From: an uncultured Clostridia bacterium
GTDB lineage: Bacteria > Bacillota > Clostridia > Oscillospirales > CAG-272
DNA: 64,000 nt
Direction: 5' to 3'
Assembly (NCBI GenBank): GCA_947631765.1
Contig: CANRMP010000003.1
Coordinates: 77,508-141,507, forward strand
Shown here: in pieces, positions 29,942 to 42,974 of the stretch
How positions within the stretch are numbered: the first letter of the stretch is position 1
How the letters are laid out: each line of letters begins with the position of its first letter
The notes under the pieces: model-generated
Database searches by the model: none
What the model saw: only the letters and a program-made list of their open reading frames with translations
Told to the model about the DNA's origin: nothing
Program-made: the position numbers and the translations under genes

Positions 29942-30343
29942 ATGTATACAAGCGCTAAACCCTATTTTTACGGCACAGGCAGAAGAAAAAGCTCTGTTGC
30001 AAGAGTCCGTCTCTTCCCCGGTACGGGAAGCATAACAATCAACGGACGTGACATAGACGATTATTTCGGACTTGAAACTCTAAAGCTTATTGTCAATCAG
30101 CCCTTCGGCGTCACCGATACCACCGGTAAATTCGACATCGTTTGCCTTGTAAACGGCGGCGGTATTTCCGGTCAGGCGGGCGCTATCCGTCACGGCGTTG
30201 CAAAGGCTCTGCTTGCCAGCAACCCCGAATTTCGCCCTGCTCTCAAAAAAGCCGGATTTCTCACTCGTGACCCTCGTATGAAGGAAAGAAAGAAATACGG
30301 TCTCAAAGCCGCACGTCGCGCTCCTCAGTTCTCAAAGCGTTAA
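29942..30343 (+). CDS. rpsI: 30S ribosomal protein S9
   Basis: [42 protein letters not shown]. Confidence 0.98.
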   Translation: MYTSAKPYFYGTGRRKSSVARVRLFPGTGSITINGRDIDDYFGLETLKLIVNQPFGVTDTTGKFDIVCLVNGGGISGQAGAIRHGVAKALLASNPEFRPALKKAGFLTRDPRMKERKKYGLKAARRAPQFSKR

Positions 30344-30373
30344 GGTGGCAAAAATTCCATCAAATTTTTTCAA

Positions 30374-30407
30374 CTCCCGAAAGCAAGCGTTTTCGGGGGT
30401 TTTCTTT
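30374..30407 (+). terminator. rpsI terminator
   Basis: CTCCCGAAA...TTTCGGGGG stem followed by a T tract. Confidence 0.7.
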
Positions 30408-30523
30408 TGCCCTTGCTTATTTAATATTCGAATGATATTTAAAATAGGTTTTTTAGTATTTAAGAAGAAGCTATTAACATATTAATTTTTTTGTGTTGAA
30501 TTAGAAAAAAGCGAGGCGATAAA

Positions 30524-30895
30524 ATGATTTTTCGAAAAGAGTATTTGGATAATTTAACGGCGCTCAAAGACAAGCAGGGAATTAAGGTCATTACCGGCGT
30601 TCGCAGGTGCGGAAAATCCACCTTGCTTGAGCTTTTAAGAAGAAACGGCAGAGTAAATATCGGCAAGCTAACGGAAAAGGAAGTCGATTTTGTGGCGGTC
30701 AACATGAATGAAATTGAAAACTATCAGGTCTTTGCAATCGTGCTTGACGAAAATACCTGGGAGCGGGAATTAGCGCCTCTTCAAGATATAAGAGACAATT
30801 ATCCGAAAACCTTGTTAACGCTTGACGATATAGGAAACAGGGCAAATTATCAGGGAATAAAGCGAAAAAATATAATCGACTGGCTTTTGGAATAA
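30524..30895 (+). pseudogene. Internally deleted AAA_14/DUF4143 ATPase (N- and C-termini fused in frame)
   Basis: Walker A ITGVRRCGKS directly followed by the C-terminal LELLRR..V.IGK...EVDFVA..YQV..DNYPK; 123 aa versus ~400 aa typical. Confidence 0.8.
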
Positions 30896-31065
30896 TATTT
30901 TTGCCCCAAAACCAAGCTTTGCGGCAAAAGAAAGGTTGGCAGAGGCCGAATAAAAAATTAATATTGCATTATATTTTTAATATTTTTTTCAAATAATATA
31001 TTAAACCCGCCAAAAATAAACGGTCGCGGGTTTTATTATTTATGACAAACGGAGATAAAAGCAAT

Positions 31066-31491
31066 ATGAACGACTGTATGATGCTCAACTATATCAGACA
31101 GAATCTTGATATGGGTATTGACGGAATAAACAAGGTAATTCCCTACGCCAAAAACCCGTCCTTCAGAAACGCTCTTGAAAGTCAGCTTTCCGAGTACAGA
31201 AGCCTTTACGCCGAGGCGGACAATCTGCTTTGTCAAAACGGAGGAGAGGAGAAAAACATCTCTCCCTTGACAAAGATGAGCACCGAAATCATGTCAAGCA
31301 TGAAATGCATGTCATACAATGAAGACAGCAAAATTGCCGAGGATATGATAAGAGGCACAACGACAAGTATTACCAAGCTTTCAAGACATCTTGGAGAATA
31401 TCACGACGCAAATCCCGAAATAGTCGAGCTTTCAAAAAAGGTAATCCGCGTTGAAGAAAAAAACGTGGAAGAAATGAAAGAATTTTTATAA
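31066..31491 (+). CDS. Conserved Clostridia four-helix (ferritin/DUF2383-like) hypothetical protein
   Basis: QN.DMG, DSKIAE.MI.G, E.NVEEMKEFL pattern. Confidence 0.7.
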   Translation: MNDCMMLNYIRQNLDMGIDGINKVIPYAKNPSFRNALESQLSEYRSLYAEADNLLCQNGGEEKNISPLTKMSTEIMSSMKCMSYNEDSKIAEDMIRGTTTSITKLSRHLGEYHDANPEIVELSKKVIRVEEKNVEEMKEFL

Positions 31492-31503
31492 TGAAATAAC
31501 GCC

Positions 31504-31537
31504 GAGGCTGTCGCGGGTTTTGTACCGCGACAGCCTC
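31504..31537. terminator. Hairpin between convergent genes
   Basis: GAGGCTGTCGCGG/CCGCGACAGCCTC. Confidence 0.7.
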
Positions 31538-31588
31538 ATACCTTTATTATATCATTATATTTTACGGATTTTTGACGAAAAGGCGCAC

Positions 31589-33472
31589 TTATCTCGGTCG
31601 ACCGCCGCCCGGTCTGTCTCCGGGTCCGCCGCCGTGATTCATGCCGGGACCCGGTGTGACGGGCGCCTCGGAGGCGACAACCGTCGTTACCAAGGTGCCG
31701 CCGCTGTAATTTCCGCCGACATACACGTTATTTACAAGCTCTCCTGTGGAGGAGCCGCCGCTGTATACCGAATATTTGCCGTCCTTTTCAAGCTCGGGAG
31801 CGCTGAAAACGATGGTCTGAATGGTTTTGGGAGTGCTGAAGGCAAGAATTATATTGTTCTTTTCGTCGGCAATTGCCACAGTTGTATTTGCCGAAATATT
31901 GCCCGTTGAGGCAAATATCACCTGCCTGTTATCCCCTGTTGCGCAGTCCGCCATACCCTGGCTTCCGACAGCCAAAAGAAGACCGCCGCTAATTGTCATA
32001 CTACAGCTTCCGTCGCCGTAATCAATGGCGCCGTTTCCCGAGCTTGTGGGACCGAAAACCACCATTGTTCCGCCGGTCATGACAATGTTTCCGTTTGAGT
32101 CAATTCCGTCTCCGTCGGCGTAAACGTAGGAAACACCTCCGTTTATCGAGAGCAAATAATCGCCTGTATTTGCGCCCATGCCGCCCCACATGCCGCCGCC
32201 ACCGGAGGAGCCTCCCGCGGCGTTCATGCCGTCGTCGGATGAGTGAATTATTGTATTTGCTCCGTTAACATTTATTTTTTTAGCTTCGTAGCCCTCATAT
32301 GAGCGGGATATTTCAATATATCCGTCGTTAACATTCAGCGTCTCGTTTGCGTGTATTCCGTCGTCTCCCGCCTTAATAAAGAGGCTTGTGCCCTCGATAT
32401 TTATTTCATCGTCGCAATGCAGCGCGTCTCCCGAGCAGTCAAGAGATATACTGCCCGACCTTATATTTATCTGCCGTACGGCTTTTATGCCGTGGTCGCT
32501 GCTGCTTTGAGTGTTACCGCCGCCCCAAGGGGAACCGCCCCACATGCCGCCGCCCTGTGTTGTGCCCGACGATTCGGGCGCTCCGCCGCCGGATATAACC
32601 GCGATACTGCCGCCTGATATTTCGACAAGGTTTTCAGCCTGAATGCCGTCGTTTTTCGACTCGATATACAGCTCACCGCCGGATACCGAAATAATTCCTT
32701 TGTCCGTGTCCTCGGTGTTGCTGCTTCGCAGTCCGTCGGCTCCGGCGTTTATGACTGTTTTCCCGCCGGATATCTGTACCGAGTCCTTCCCTCTTATCCC
32801 GTCGTCCGCCGAGGTGACGTATATCTCACCGCCGTCTATTACAAGATCATCCTTGCCGTATATACCTTTATTGTAATTGCCGTACACGTACAACGCGCCG
32901 CCGCCCGAAAATTCAAGGTCAGCCTTTGAATAAATAGCCGCGCTCGGGTTGTCGTCATAGAGATTTTCATATGAATCGCCGTCACCGACAAGGTTTACCG
33001 ATCCGTCGTAAAGCTTAATTACAACCTTTTTCGGGGCGCTCAATATATAAATCGGAGCATTATATGAGCATTTGATATCAACTCCGTTGAAAACAAGCTC
33101 AACCTTTTGGTCGTCCTCGACGTCAACGATCAGCTGTCCGTTTTCAAGCTTTCCCTGCAAAAGATAACTGCCCGCCTTAGTTATCGTCACCGTCGCGCCG
33201 TCTGTTGTAATTCCGCTTCCGCTCGCGCTGATACTGTCATTATTAAAGGTTATCAAGTTTTCAACGCCTTTCTCATCAACCTCGCCCGAAACTGCGTTAT
33301 CCGGATAGCTAACCTTCGGAATCGAAGGACTTGTGCCGGGGGAGGCGGTATTTTGATCTCCCGCAAAGAAGCTGTTTTCGATTTTGGCGTTTTCAATGGT
33401 TTTCGTATTTTTGCACGAAAGCAGGCTTAGTGCAAGAGAAAGAATGAGTAATGAAGAAAATATTTTTTTCAT
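31589..33472 (-). CDS. DUF4353 (Cthe_2159-like) beta-helix carbohydrate-binding lipoprotein
   Basis: Lipobox LLSC; VTITKAGSY.L.G, DDGIRGKD, DGIDSNG, GAIDY repeats; GGGMWGG inserts. Confidence 0.88.
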   Translation of the reverse strand: MKKIFSSLLILSLALSLLSCKNTKTIENAKIENSFFAGDQNTASPGTSPSIPKVSYPDNAVSGEVDEKGVENLITFNNDSISASGSGITTDGATVTITKAGSYLLQGKLENGQLIVDVEDDQKVELVFNGVDIKCSYNAPIYILSAPKKVVIKLYDGSVNLVGDGDSYENLYDDNPSAAIYSKADLEFSGGGALYVYGNYNKGIYGKDDLVIDGGEIYVTSADDGIRGKDSVQISGGKTVINAGADGLRSSNTEDTDKGIISVSGGELYIESKNDGIQAENLVEISGGSIAVISGGGAPESSGTTQGGGMWGGSPWGGGNTQSSSDHGIKAVRQINIRSGSISLDCSGDALHCDDEINIEGTSLFIKAGDDGIHANETLNVNDGYIEISRSYEGYEAKKINVNGANTIIHSSDDGMNAAGGSSGGGGMWGGMGANTGDYLLSINGGVSYVYADGDGIDSNGNIVMTGGTMVVFGPTSSGNGAIDYGDGSCSMTISGGLLLAVGSQGMADCATGDNRQVIFASTGNISANTTVAIADEKNNIILAFSTPKTIQTIVFSAPELEKDGKYSVYSGGSSTGELVNNVYVGGNYSGGTLVTTVVASEAPVTPGPGMNHGGGPGDRPGGGRPR

Positions 33473-33709
33473 AAGCTGCGCCCTTTCATTCGTTTTTTAT
33501 CTGAAAAGCAAAGCGATTTTTGTCCGAATGCGGTATTATTATACAGGCGCAAAATGAAAATAGCGCAAAGCTAATGTGTTTTTTGTGTGAAAGCTTGGAA
33601 ATTTATTTTTTTGCCATAATTTTGTTGTTTGTATGTATTGCACATTTACCAAGAGCGAAAATTATTTATATTGTATTGCACAAATAAAATATTGTTTAAA
33701 TTTTATAGG

Positions 33710-33738
33710 TTGACAAAACAGTCAAAAAGGTTTATAAT
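33710..33738 (+). promoter_or_regulatory. Sigma-A promoter with overlapping TTGAC-N6-GTCAA palindrome
   Basis: TTGACA-17-TATAAT; palindrome 33710-33725. Confidence 0.8.
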
Positions 33739-33776
33739 ATTATGCAATAAATCTTTATAGGGGGTTACTTTTTACT

Positions 33777-35243
33777 ATGCGCAAATTTATCACTATTTTA
33801 CTATGTCTTTCTATGCTCTTTTTGTCTGTTGCGGCTACCGGCTGTGCAAATTCCGGTGACAGAAACAATGAAAAGATCGACACAACTCTTGACCATTTGA
33901 AGGGTCTTGACTTTGAAGAAGCAGAGGTTAACATCGTCTACGTCGAGGGCGGAAACGGCGAATTTACAAAAAGATCGCTCGGACTCGACCCGGACGACGA
34001 CACGGGCGACAGCGTTGACCAGGCGGTTCTTAAGAGAAACTCAGAGGTTGAGTCAATGCTCCAGGTCACTCTTGTACCTCAAAGCGGAGCCGAACATTTC
34101 GACGGCCTTACCGCGGCAATAAGCAGCTCGCTTGCTTCAAGCAGCGGTGAGTATGACATTATCGCCGGTTATCAATATTTTGATATCGGAATTGCTTCCA
34201 AGGGTTGGCTGCTTAACCTCAACAATCTTGCAAATTATGACGCCGATTATCTCCGTCTTGACGAGGATTACTGGTCACAAAGCTATAACGAAGGTCTTTC
34301 ATATAACGAAAATACATATTGGGTCACAGGCGACATTGCGCTCAGATTCCTTGGCGGAATGTACTGCACCTTTGTCAACGGTGATCTTTACGAAGCTATC
34401 CTACAGAAGACCTACGGTCATATCTATGACCTTGTGCGCGAGGGCAAATGGACTCTGGATATGCTCCTTGAAATGATGGAGTTGGTATATAAGGATTCGG
34501 ACGGCGACACCGAAACCAGCGAAAACGACCGACTCGGATTTGTCCTTGAAACCTCTATGGACCCGATTGACGGTATGGCATTCGGCTCTCAGATACAGTG
34601 GACGCAAAGAACCGAAGACGGTATTAATTTGGTTTTAAGAAACAACAGAACGATTTCATTCGGCGAAAAAATGTCCAAAATCCTTGCGTCTCGCTCATTC
34701 TACGCTCCGGCAGGCGATGATTCGCACAATCAGATGGCGCTGTTCAGCAGCGGAAACGTTATGTTCACCGTTGCCAGCGTTTTCCAAGCCGAAGTACATC
34801 TTATGGAAATGGATAACTACTATGTTATTCCCGTTCCGAAGCTTGACGAAAATCAGGCCGGCTACGCTTCCGGTATTCACGACGGGTGCACGATATTCGG
34901 AATACCCTACGACGCAGAAGACGTGGCAAAGTCCGCCGCAACTCTTGAGGCGCTTGCCGCACTCAGCAAGAAATACGTAACCCCCGAGTACTATGACAGT
35001 GCTCTTAAATACAGATACACCCGTGACAACGAGGCTGCCGAAATGATCGATATCATGCGTGATGCGGCTTACACCGATTTTGCCGCAGCATGGTCAAAGG
35101 ATATTAATGATATTGCTCACTTCTTCAGAGATCACAGCTCAAGGCTTGGCCGTGTAAGCTCAATTCTCCAGGCTAATTACAGCAAATGGAATTCATCGCT
35201 TGAAACGCTCCTTGTAGCTCTCGAAACCTACGGAATCGAATAA
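33777..35243 (+). CDS. Extracellular solute-binding lipoprotein (sugar SBP-like)
   Basis: Lipobox ATGC; RN..VE..L.V, GKWTLD, IPVPKLDENQ, LEALA, YYD. Confidence 0.85.
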   Translation: MRKFITILLCLSMLFLSVAATGCANSGDRNNEKIDTTLDHLKGLDFEEAEVNIVYVEGGNGEFTKRSLGLDPDDDTGDSVDQAVLKRNSEVESMLQVTLVPQSGAEHFDGLTAAISSSLASSSGEYDIIAGYQYFDIGIASKGWLLNLNNLANYDADYLRLDEDYWSQSYNEGLSYNENTYWVTGDIALRFLGGMYCTFVNGDLYEAILQKTYGHIYDLVREGKWTLDMLLEMMELVYKDSDGDTETSENDRLGFVLETSMDPIDGMAFGSQIQWTQRTEDGINLVLRNNRTISFGEKMSKILASRSFYAPAGDDSHNQMALFSSGNVMFTVASVFQAEVHLMEMDNYYVIPVPKLDENQAGYASGIHDGCTIFGIPYDAEDVAKSAATLEALAALSKKYVTPEYYDSALKYRYTRDNEAAEMIDIMRDAAYTDFAAAWSKDINDIAHFFRDHSSRLGRVSSILQANYSKWNSSLETLLVALETYGIE

Positions 35244-35428
35244 CCGATTAAACAGCTTTCGCAAAGGGTGATGCCCTCAAGGGTATCCCCCCTTTGCGCT
35301 TTTTATATTCAAAGCCCGAGCTCTGCCGCGCCTTTACCTATAAAGTGTCGCAAAGCGGCGTTTGGTTGGGCGGTTTGAAATAATAATTTCGCGTACTGAC
35401 TTTTTTTCCGTTAAATATAAAAAATCGA

Positions 35429-35457
35429 TTGACAAACGCTAAAATACATGATATAAT
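35429..35457 (+). promoter_or_regulatory. Sigma-A promoter
   Basis: TTGACA-17-TATAAT with TG. Confidence 0.8.
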
Positions 35458-35493
35458 ATTCGTAACAGATATGTTTTAGGAGGAAAACATCAC

Positions 35494-36972
35494 ATGAAAA
35501 GAATAATAACCATTTCTCTTGCCGCTATCCTTCTTCTGTCTGCCCTTCTTTCTGTTTCCTGCGCCAATAACGAAAAAACTTCCACCGGCGATTTAGACAG
35601 AGAATGGCTTGACAATCTTCCCGAGCTTGATTTTGAAGGCGAAGAGGTTATGTTTGTTTTTGCAGAAGGCACTGACACATTCACCGAACGTTCAATCAAA
35701 ATCGAAGAAACGGACGGCGACTCCGTTAATGAGCTTATCGCGGCTCGTAACACCACTATTGAGCAAAGACTCAATGTTTCAATCCAATCCCAAAAGGTGT
35801 CGGATAACATATTCGGTCTCAGAGACGCAATTAACAGCTCCCTTTCTTCAGCCAGCGGTGAATATGACATTATTGCAGGCTATCAGTTCTACGATATCGG
35901 ACTTGCAACCCAAGGTTATATAGTTAACCTTAACGAGGTCGGAAACCCCGACAGCGAATATGCGGAAGAAACCAACTACATCGATATAGACGCCGATTAT
36001 TGGGCTTCAAACTATATCAGATCTCTTACATACGGCGACGCCCTTTTCTGGGTAACAGGCGATATCGCACTCAGATATCTTGGCGGTATGTACTGCACGT
36101 TTGTCAATACAAGAATATACGATGACAACCTCAAACAAACTTACGGCGATATTTATCAAATCGCCAAAGACGGCAAATGGACATTAGAGCTTCTTAATAA
36201 GATGGCAGATGAGGTTTACTTAGACCAAGGAACACCGGATGAAACCGACGCAGAAGACCGTCTCGGCTACGCTTGGGAACAAAACGACCCCATTGACGGT
36301 CTTGCATTCGGCGCGGGAGTTAAATTCTCGCAAATGTATTCCGACGGTTCCATTGATATAACAATCGGCGATCAGCGCACGATTCGTTTTGTCGAACAGC
36401 TTGAAAAGCTTCTTACAAGCAGATATTCTCTTATGGTAGACGACGGTAACTCCGCAAATGTAATGCAGCAGTTTGCAAGCGGCAACGTTGCATTCACGGT
36501 AAATAAGATATATCAGGCAGAAGCCCGTCTGCGTGAGATGGAAGACAACTATTACGTTATTCCCGTTCCGAAGCTCAACGAAGACCAGCAAGAATATGTA
36601 ACGGGCATCCATGACGGTCTTACTCTGTTTGGCATTCCGTACGACGCGCCTAATGTGTCGATGTCCTCCGCCGTTCTTGAGGCGCTCTCCGCTGAAAGCC
36701 TGCGTACCGTCACTCCTACCTATTACGACAGCTATCTTAAGTTCAAATACACCCGTGACGAGAACGCCGCAGCAATGATTGATCTTATGCGCTCAACCAC
36801 AAACACAGATTTTGCCGCTGCATGGTCAGCTGAGCTTGACAGCATCGTCCATATATTCAGAACCAGCTACAGATCTAACATCATCACCTCAACTCTGAGA
36901 GCTAAAGCCGAGGCTACAAGAACAAAGCTTGACGATCTTCTTGAAAAGCTCGACCAACTCGGACAACAGTAA
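35494..36972 (+). CDS. Extracellular solute-binding lipoprotein, tandem paralog
   Basis: Lipobox SVSC; shares SGEYDIIAGYQ, WVTGDIALR.LGGMYCTFVN, DPIDG.AFG, TDFAAAWS with the upstream gene. Confidence 0.87.
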   Translation: MKRIITISLAAILLLSALLSVSCANNEKTSTGDLDREWLDNLPELDFEGEEVMFVFAEGTDTFTERSIKIEETDGDSVNELIAARNTTIEQRLNVSIQSQKVSDNIFGLRDAINSSLSSASGEYDIIAGYQFYDIGLATQGYIVNLNEVGNPDSEYAEETNYIDIDADYWASNYIRSLTYGDALFWVTGDIALRYLGGMYCTFVNTRIYDDNLKQTYGDIYQIAKDGKWTLELLNKMADEVYLDQGTPDETDAEDRLGYAWEQNDPIDGLAFGAGVKFSQMYSDGSIDITIGDQRTIRFVEQLEKLLTSRYSLMVDDGNSANVMQQFASGNVAFTVNKIYQAEARLREMEDNYYVIPVPKLNEDQQEYVTGIHDGLTLFGIPYDAPNVSMSSAVLEALSAESLRTVTPTYYDSYLKFKYTRDENAAAMIDLMRSTTNTDFAAAWSAELDSIVHIFRTSYRSNIITSTLRAKAEATRTKLDDLLEKLDQLGQQ

Positions 36973-37047
36973 TTATTAAAGTATATTTTCTAAAGCGGCG
37001 GTCGTCTGACCGCCGCTTTATTCGTTTTACGGCAAACTCGCTAAATC

Positions 37048-37093
37048 TTAGGAACCTTTTTGAAAAAAGTTCCCTAAAACCTTCAAAAACTTT
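37048..37093. repeat. REP-like palindrome, copy of 28064-28113
   Basis: TTAGGAACCTTTTTGAAAAAAGTTCCCTAAAACCTTCAAAAACTTT. Confidence 0.85.
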
Positions 37094-37162
37094 ATTAAAA
37101 TAAGAAAGCGAAGCCGTGCATAAAGCAAAATGCGGCTTCACTTTCTTACTTATAATGGTTAA

Positions 37163-40180
<3,018 letters not shown>

Positions 40181-40198
40181 CTATTTTTTATTATATTT

Positions 40199-40840
40199 TT
40201 ATTGCATTTTTTCCTGTTTTACTTTTTTGTCGACGACGTGCCGCTTTGCAAGCTCTTCCTTTATATCCTCAAGGGATATTCCGAGCTCTACCATAAGCAC
40301 AAGCACGTGATAGGCAAGGTCGGATATCTCATATATCGCCTCTTCTCTACTGTTTTTTGAGCCGATAATGACCTCTGTGCACTCCTCACCCACCTTTTTT
40401 AATATTTTGTCAAGTCCCTTTTCAAAAAGATAGGTGGTGTAGCTTCCTTCCTTTTTCTCGGATTTTCTGCCCTTGATGAGGTCGTACAGCATGTCAAAGG
40501 AAAAGGGATTTTTGTATCCCGTCTCGCAAATTACGTTTGTAAAGCAGGAATCGCTTCCGGTATGGCAAGCGGGTCCGTCTTTTACCACCTCAATAACAAG
40601 CGCGTCGTTGTCGCAATCCGAGGTTATGCTTACTATGTGCTGATAGTTCCCCGAGGTCTCGCCCTTAAGCCATTCGGTCTGTCTTGACCTTGACCAAAAG
40701 CAGGTAAGTCCCTTTGCAATGCTTGTTGCAAGGGTTTTTTCGTTCATATAAGCCACCGTCAGCACCTTTTTGCTGTAATAATCCTGCACGACTACCGGAA
40801 TAAGACCGTTTGCATCGTATTTTAGTTCACTCAGTTCCAT
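40199..40840 (-). CDS. hisIE: Bifunctional PR-AMP cyclohydrolase/PR-ATP pyrophosphatase
   Basis: WSRSR..W.KGETSG, DCD.D, ACHTG..SCF, SYT.YLF, KKVGEE. Confidence 0.97.
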   Translation of the reverse strand: MELSELKYDANGLIPVVVQDYYSKKVLTVAYMNEKTLATSIAKGLTCFWSRSRQTEWLKGETSGNYQHIVSITSDCDNDALVIEVVKDGPACHTGSDSCFTNVICETGYKNPFSFDMLYDLIKGRKSEKKEGSYTTYLFEKGLDKILKKVGEECTEVIIGSKNSREEAIYEISDLAYHVLVLMVELGISLEDIKEELAKRHVVDKKVKQEKMQ

Positions 40841-40858
40841 TTATATTCCCTCTGTTTT

Positions 40859-41617
40859 CTATATTCTCATTGGTATGTTGTTATTATTTAGCATGAGTTT
40901 AAGCTCTTTTATATCCACCGTGCGAAAGTGGAACACCGAGGCGGCAAGCCCCGCGTCAACCGCGGGTATTTCACGAAAAAGTGTGAGAAAATCCTCGCCT
41001 TTTCCCGCACCTCCCGAGGCGATTATCGGAATGTGGCATCGCTTTCCTATGGCGGCAAGCATTTCAAGGTCAAAACCGGATTTGACTCCGTCGGTATCGA
41101 TTGAGTTTACCACAAGCTCACCGGCTCCCGTCTCCTGACCTCGATAAGCCCATTCAAGAGCGTCAATACCGGTATACTCTCTTCCTCCCTTGGAAAAGAG
41201 CATAAATTTTCCGTCACAGCGCTTGACGTCCATTGAGAGCACCACGCACTGATCTCCGTATTTTTTTGCCGCCTCCTCAATCAGAGCCGGATTTTTAATG
41301 GCTCCCGAGTTGACGCTCACCTTGTCCGCGCCGCAGTCAAGCACTCTTTCAAAATCGTCGACTGTGTTTATTCCTCCGCCCACAGTCAGGGGAATAAAAA
41401 TCTCGGAAGCGACCTTTATGAGCGTATCGGATAGCAGCTTTCGTTCCTCAAACGAGGCGGTGATATCGTAAAAAACAAGCTCATCCGCTCCCGACTCGTT
41501 GTAAAATCTTGCAAGCTCCACAGGGTCGGCAACGTCCCTGACCCCCTCGAAATTCCTGCCCTTTACCACCTTCCCGTGCCGTATATCAAGGCAGGGGATT
41601 ATTCTTTTTGCAAGCAT
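40859..41617 (-). CDS. hisF: IGP synthase cyclase subunit
   Basis: MLAKRIIPCLD, GADELVF.DITAS, IIASGGAG. Confidence 0.97.
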   Translation of the reverse strand: MLAKRIIPCLDIRHGKVVKGRNFEGVRDVADPVELARFYNESGADELVFYDITASFEERKLLSDTLIKVASEIFIPLTVGGGINTVDDFERVLDCGADKVSVNSGAIKNPALIEEAAKKYGDQCVVLSMDVKRCDGKFMLFSKGGREYTGIDALEWAYRGQETGAGELVVNSIDTDGVKSGFDLEMLAAIGKRCHIPIIASGGAGKGEDFLTLFREIPAVDAGLAASVFHFRTVDIKELKLMLNNNNIPMRI

Positions 41618-41631
41618 TTAAGTATCCTTTC

Positions 41632-42351
41632 TTATTGTTTCTCGGCAATCGCTATGGCGCGTTTTAAATCGAGCCTTCCGGTATACAGCGCCTTTCCGAG
41701 TATCACCCCGTAAACGCCCATATCCCGCAGCTTTTCTATTTCGTGCTCGTATGTAACTCCCCCCGAGGCGATAATATTTATATTAAGTGCCCGTAGAGAG
41801 GCGTATATTTCAAGATTTGTGCCTGAGAGCATTCCGTCCTTTGAAATATCTGTGTAAATTATAGTGCCCACTCCCCGATTTTTCATTTGGCGGCAAAAGT
41901 CAAGTGAGGGGACATTTGTCACGGTCTTCCAGCCGTGAATTGCCACAAAGCCGTCAAGAGCGTCGACTCCTACCGCAATTTTATCGCCGTACCTTTGGCA
42001 CATTTTTTCGACAAAGTCGGGGTTCTCAATGGCAACCGAGCCGAGTATCACGCGGGAAACTCCGATATCAAGATAGGAATTTATCCTCTCCTCGTCCCTT
42101 ATTCCTCCGCCAACCTCGGCAAATACGCTCGGAAAAGCGGAGAGAATCTCTGTTATCGCTCCGATATTGGGCGTTTCATTGTCCTTTGCGCCGTCAAGGT
42201 CAACTATATGCAAATTTGTGCTTCCCGAGCAGTAAAAGCTTTCAGCCGCGCTTATCGGATTATCCGAGTATACGGTCATGCGGTCGTAATCGCCCTTCAT
42301 AAGGCGCACCAACTTACCGCCCCTTAAATCAATTGCAGGGTATATTTTCAT
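41632..42351 (-). CDS. hisA: ProFAR isomerase
   Basis: IYPAIDL.GG..VRL..GD, VDLDGA, GGGIR, TDISKDG. Confidence 0.96.
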   Translation of the reverse strand: MKIYPAIDLRGGKLVRLMKGDYDRMTVYSDNPISAAESFYCSGSTNLHIVDLDGAKDNETPNIGAITEILSAFPSVFAEVGGGIRDEERINSYLDIGVSRVILGSVAIENPDFVEKMCQRYGDKIAVGVDALDGFVAIHGWKTVTNVPSLDFCRQMKNRGVGTIIYTDISKDGMLSGTNLEIYASLRALNINIIASGGVTYEHEIEKLRDMGVYGVILGKALYTGRLDLKRAIAIAEKQ

Positions 42352-42974
42352 TTTGTCTCTCCTTGCAGCTCGCAAAACGCTTTAAGAATATTCAGCCCGA
42401 CCTTGCCGGATTTTTCGGGGTGGAACTGTGTTCCGTATATTTTGCCCCTGCCTACCGCTCCGGTTACCGAAATTCCGCCGTAAGAAGAGGTGGCAAGAGT
42501 GTCATTTTCACAGTGGGCTGCGTAATATGAATGAACGTAATATACATAATCGCCGTTTTTGACGTACTTAAACAGCGGGTCGGATTTTCTAATTTCAAGG
42601 CTGTTCCAGCCCATATGAGGCACCTTTACGCCGCCTTGCACCTTGTCGGCAAGTCGAACAACCTCTCCGCCAATAAGTGACAGTCCCTTATGCTCTCCGT
42701 ATTCATACGACACGTCAAAGAGCAGCTGCATTCCAAGGCATATGCCGAGAAAAGGCTTTCCGCCCTTTGCCTGCTCGGTTAGAACGGGGATAAGACCTGT
42801 TTTTTCAAGCTTGTTTTTTGCGTCCTCAAAGGCTCCGACTCCGGGAAGAATAATTCTGTCCGCCCTCTCGATTTTGTCGCCGTTTGAGGTTATTTCGACC
42901 TCAAAGCCCAAATACTTTAAGGAGCTTGACAGAGAAAAAAGATTTCCCACTCCATAATCAACAATAGCTGTCAT
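42348..42974 (-). CDS. hisH: IGP synthase glutaminase subunit
   Basis: DYGVGN, LPGVGAF, GICLGMQ, PHMGWN, QFHPEKS. Confidence 0.97.
   Translation of the reverse strand: MTAIVDYGVGNLFSLSSSLKYLGFEVEITSNGDKIERADRIILPGVGAFEDAKNKLEKTGLIPVLTEQAKGGKPFLGICLGMQLLFDVSYEYGEHKGLSLIGGEVVRLADKVQGGVKVPHMGWNSLEIRKSDPLFKYVKNGDYVYYVHSYYAAHCENDTLATSSYGGISVTGAVGRGKIYGTQFHPEKSGKVGLNILKAFCELQGETK

Noticed and set aside
31600-32600. Gly-rich GGGMWGG and GPG repeats in the DUF4353 protein
   Set aside because: Low-complexity inserts are usual in this family
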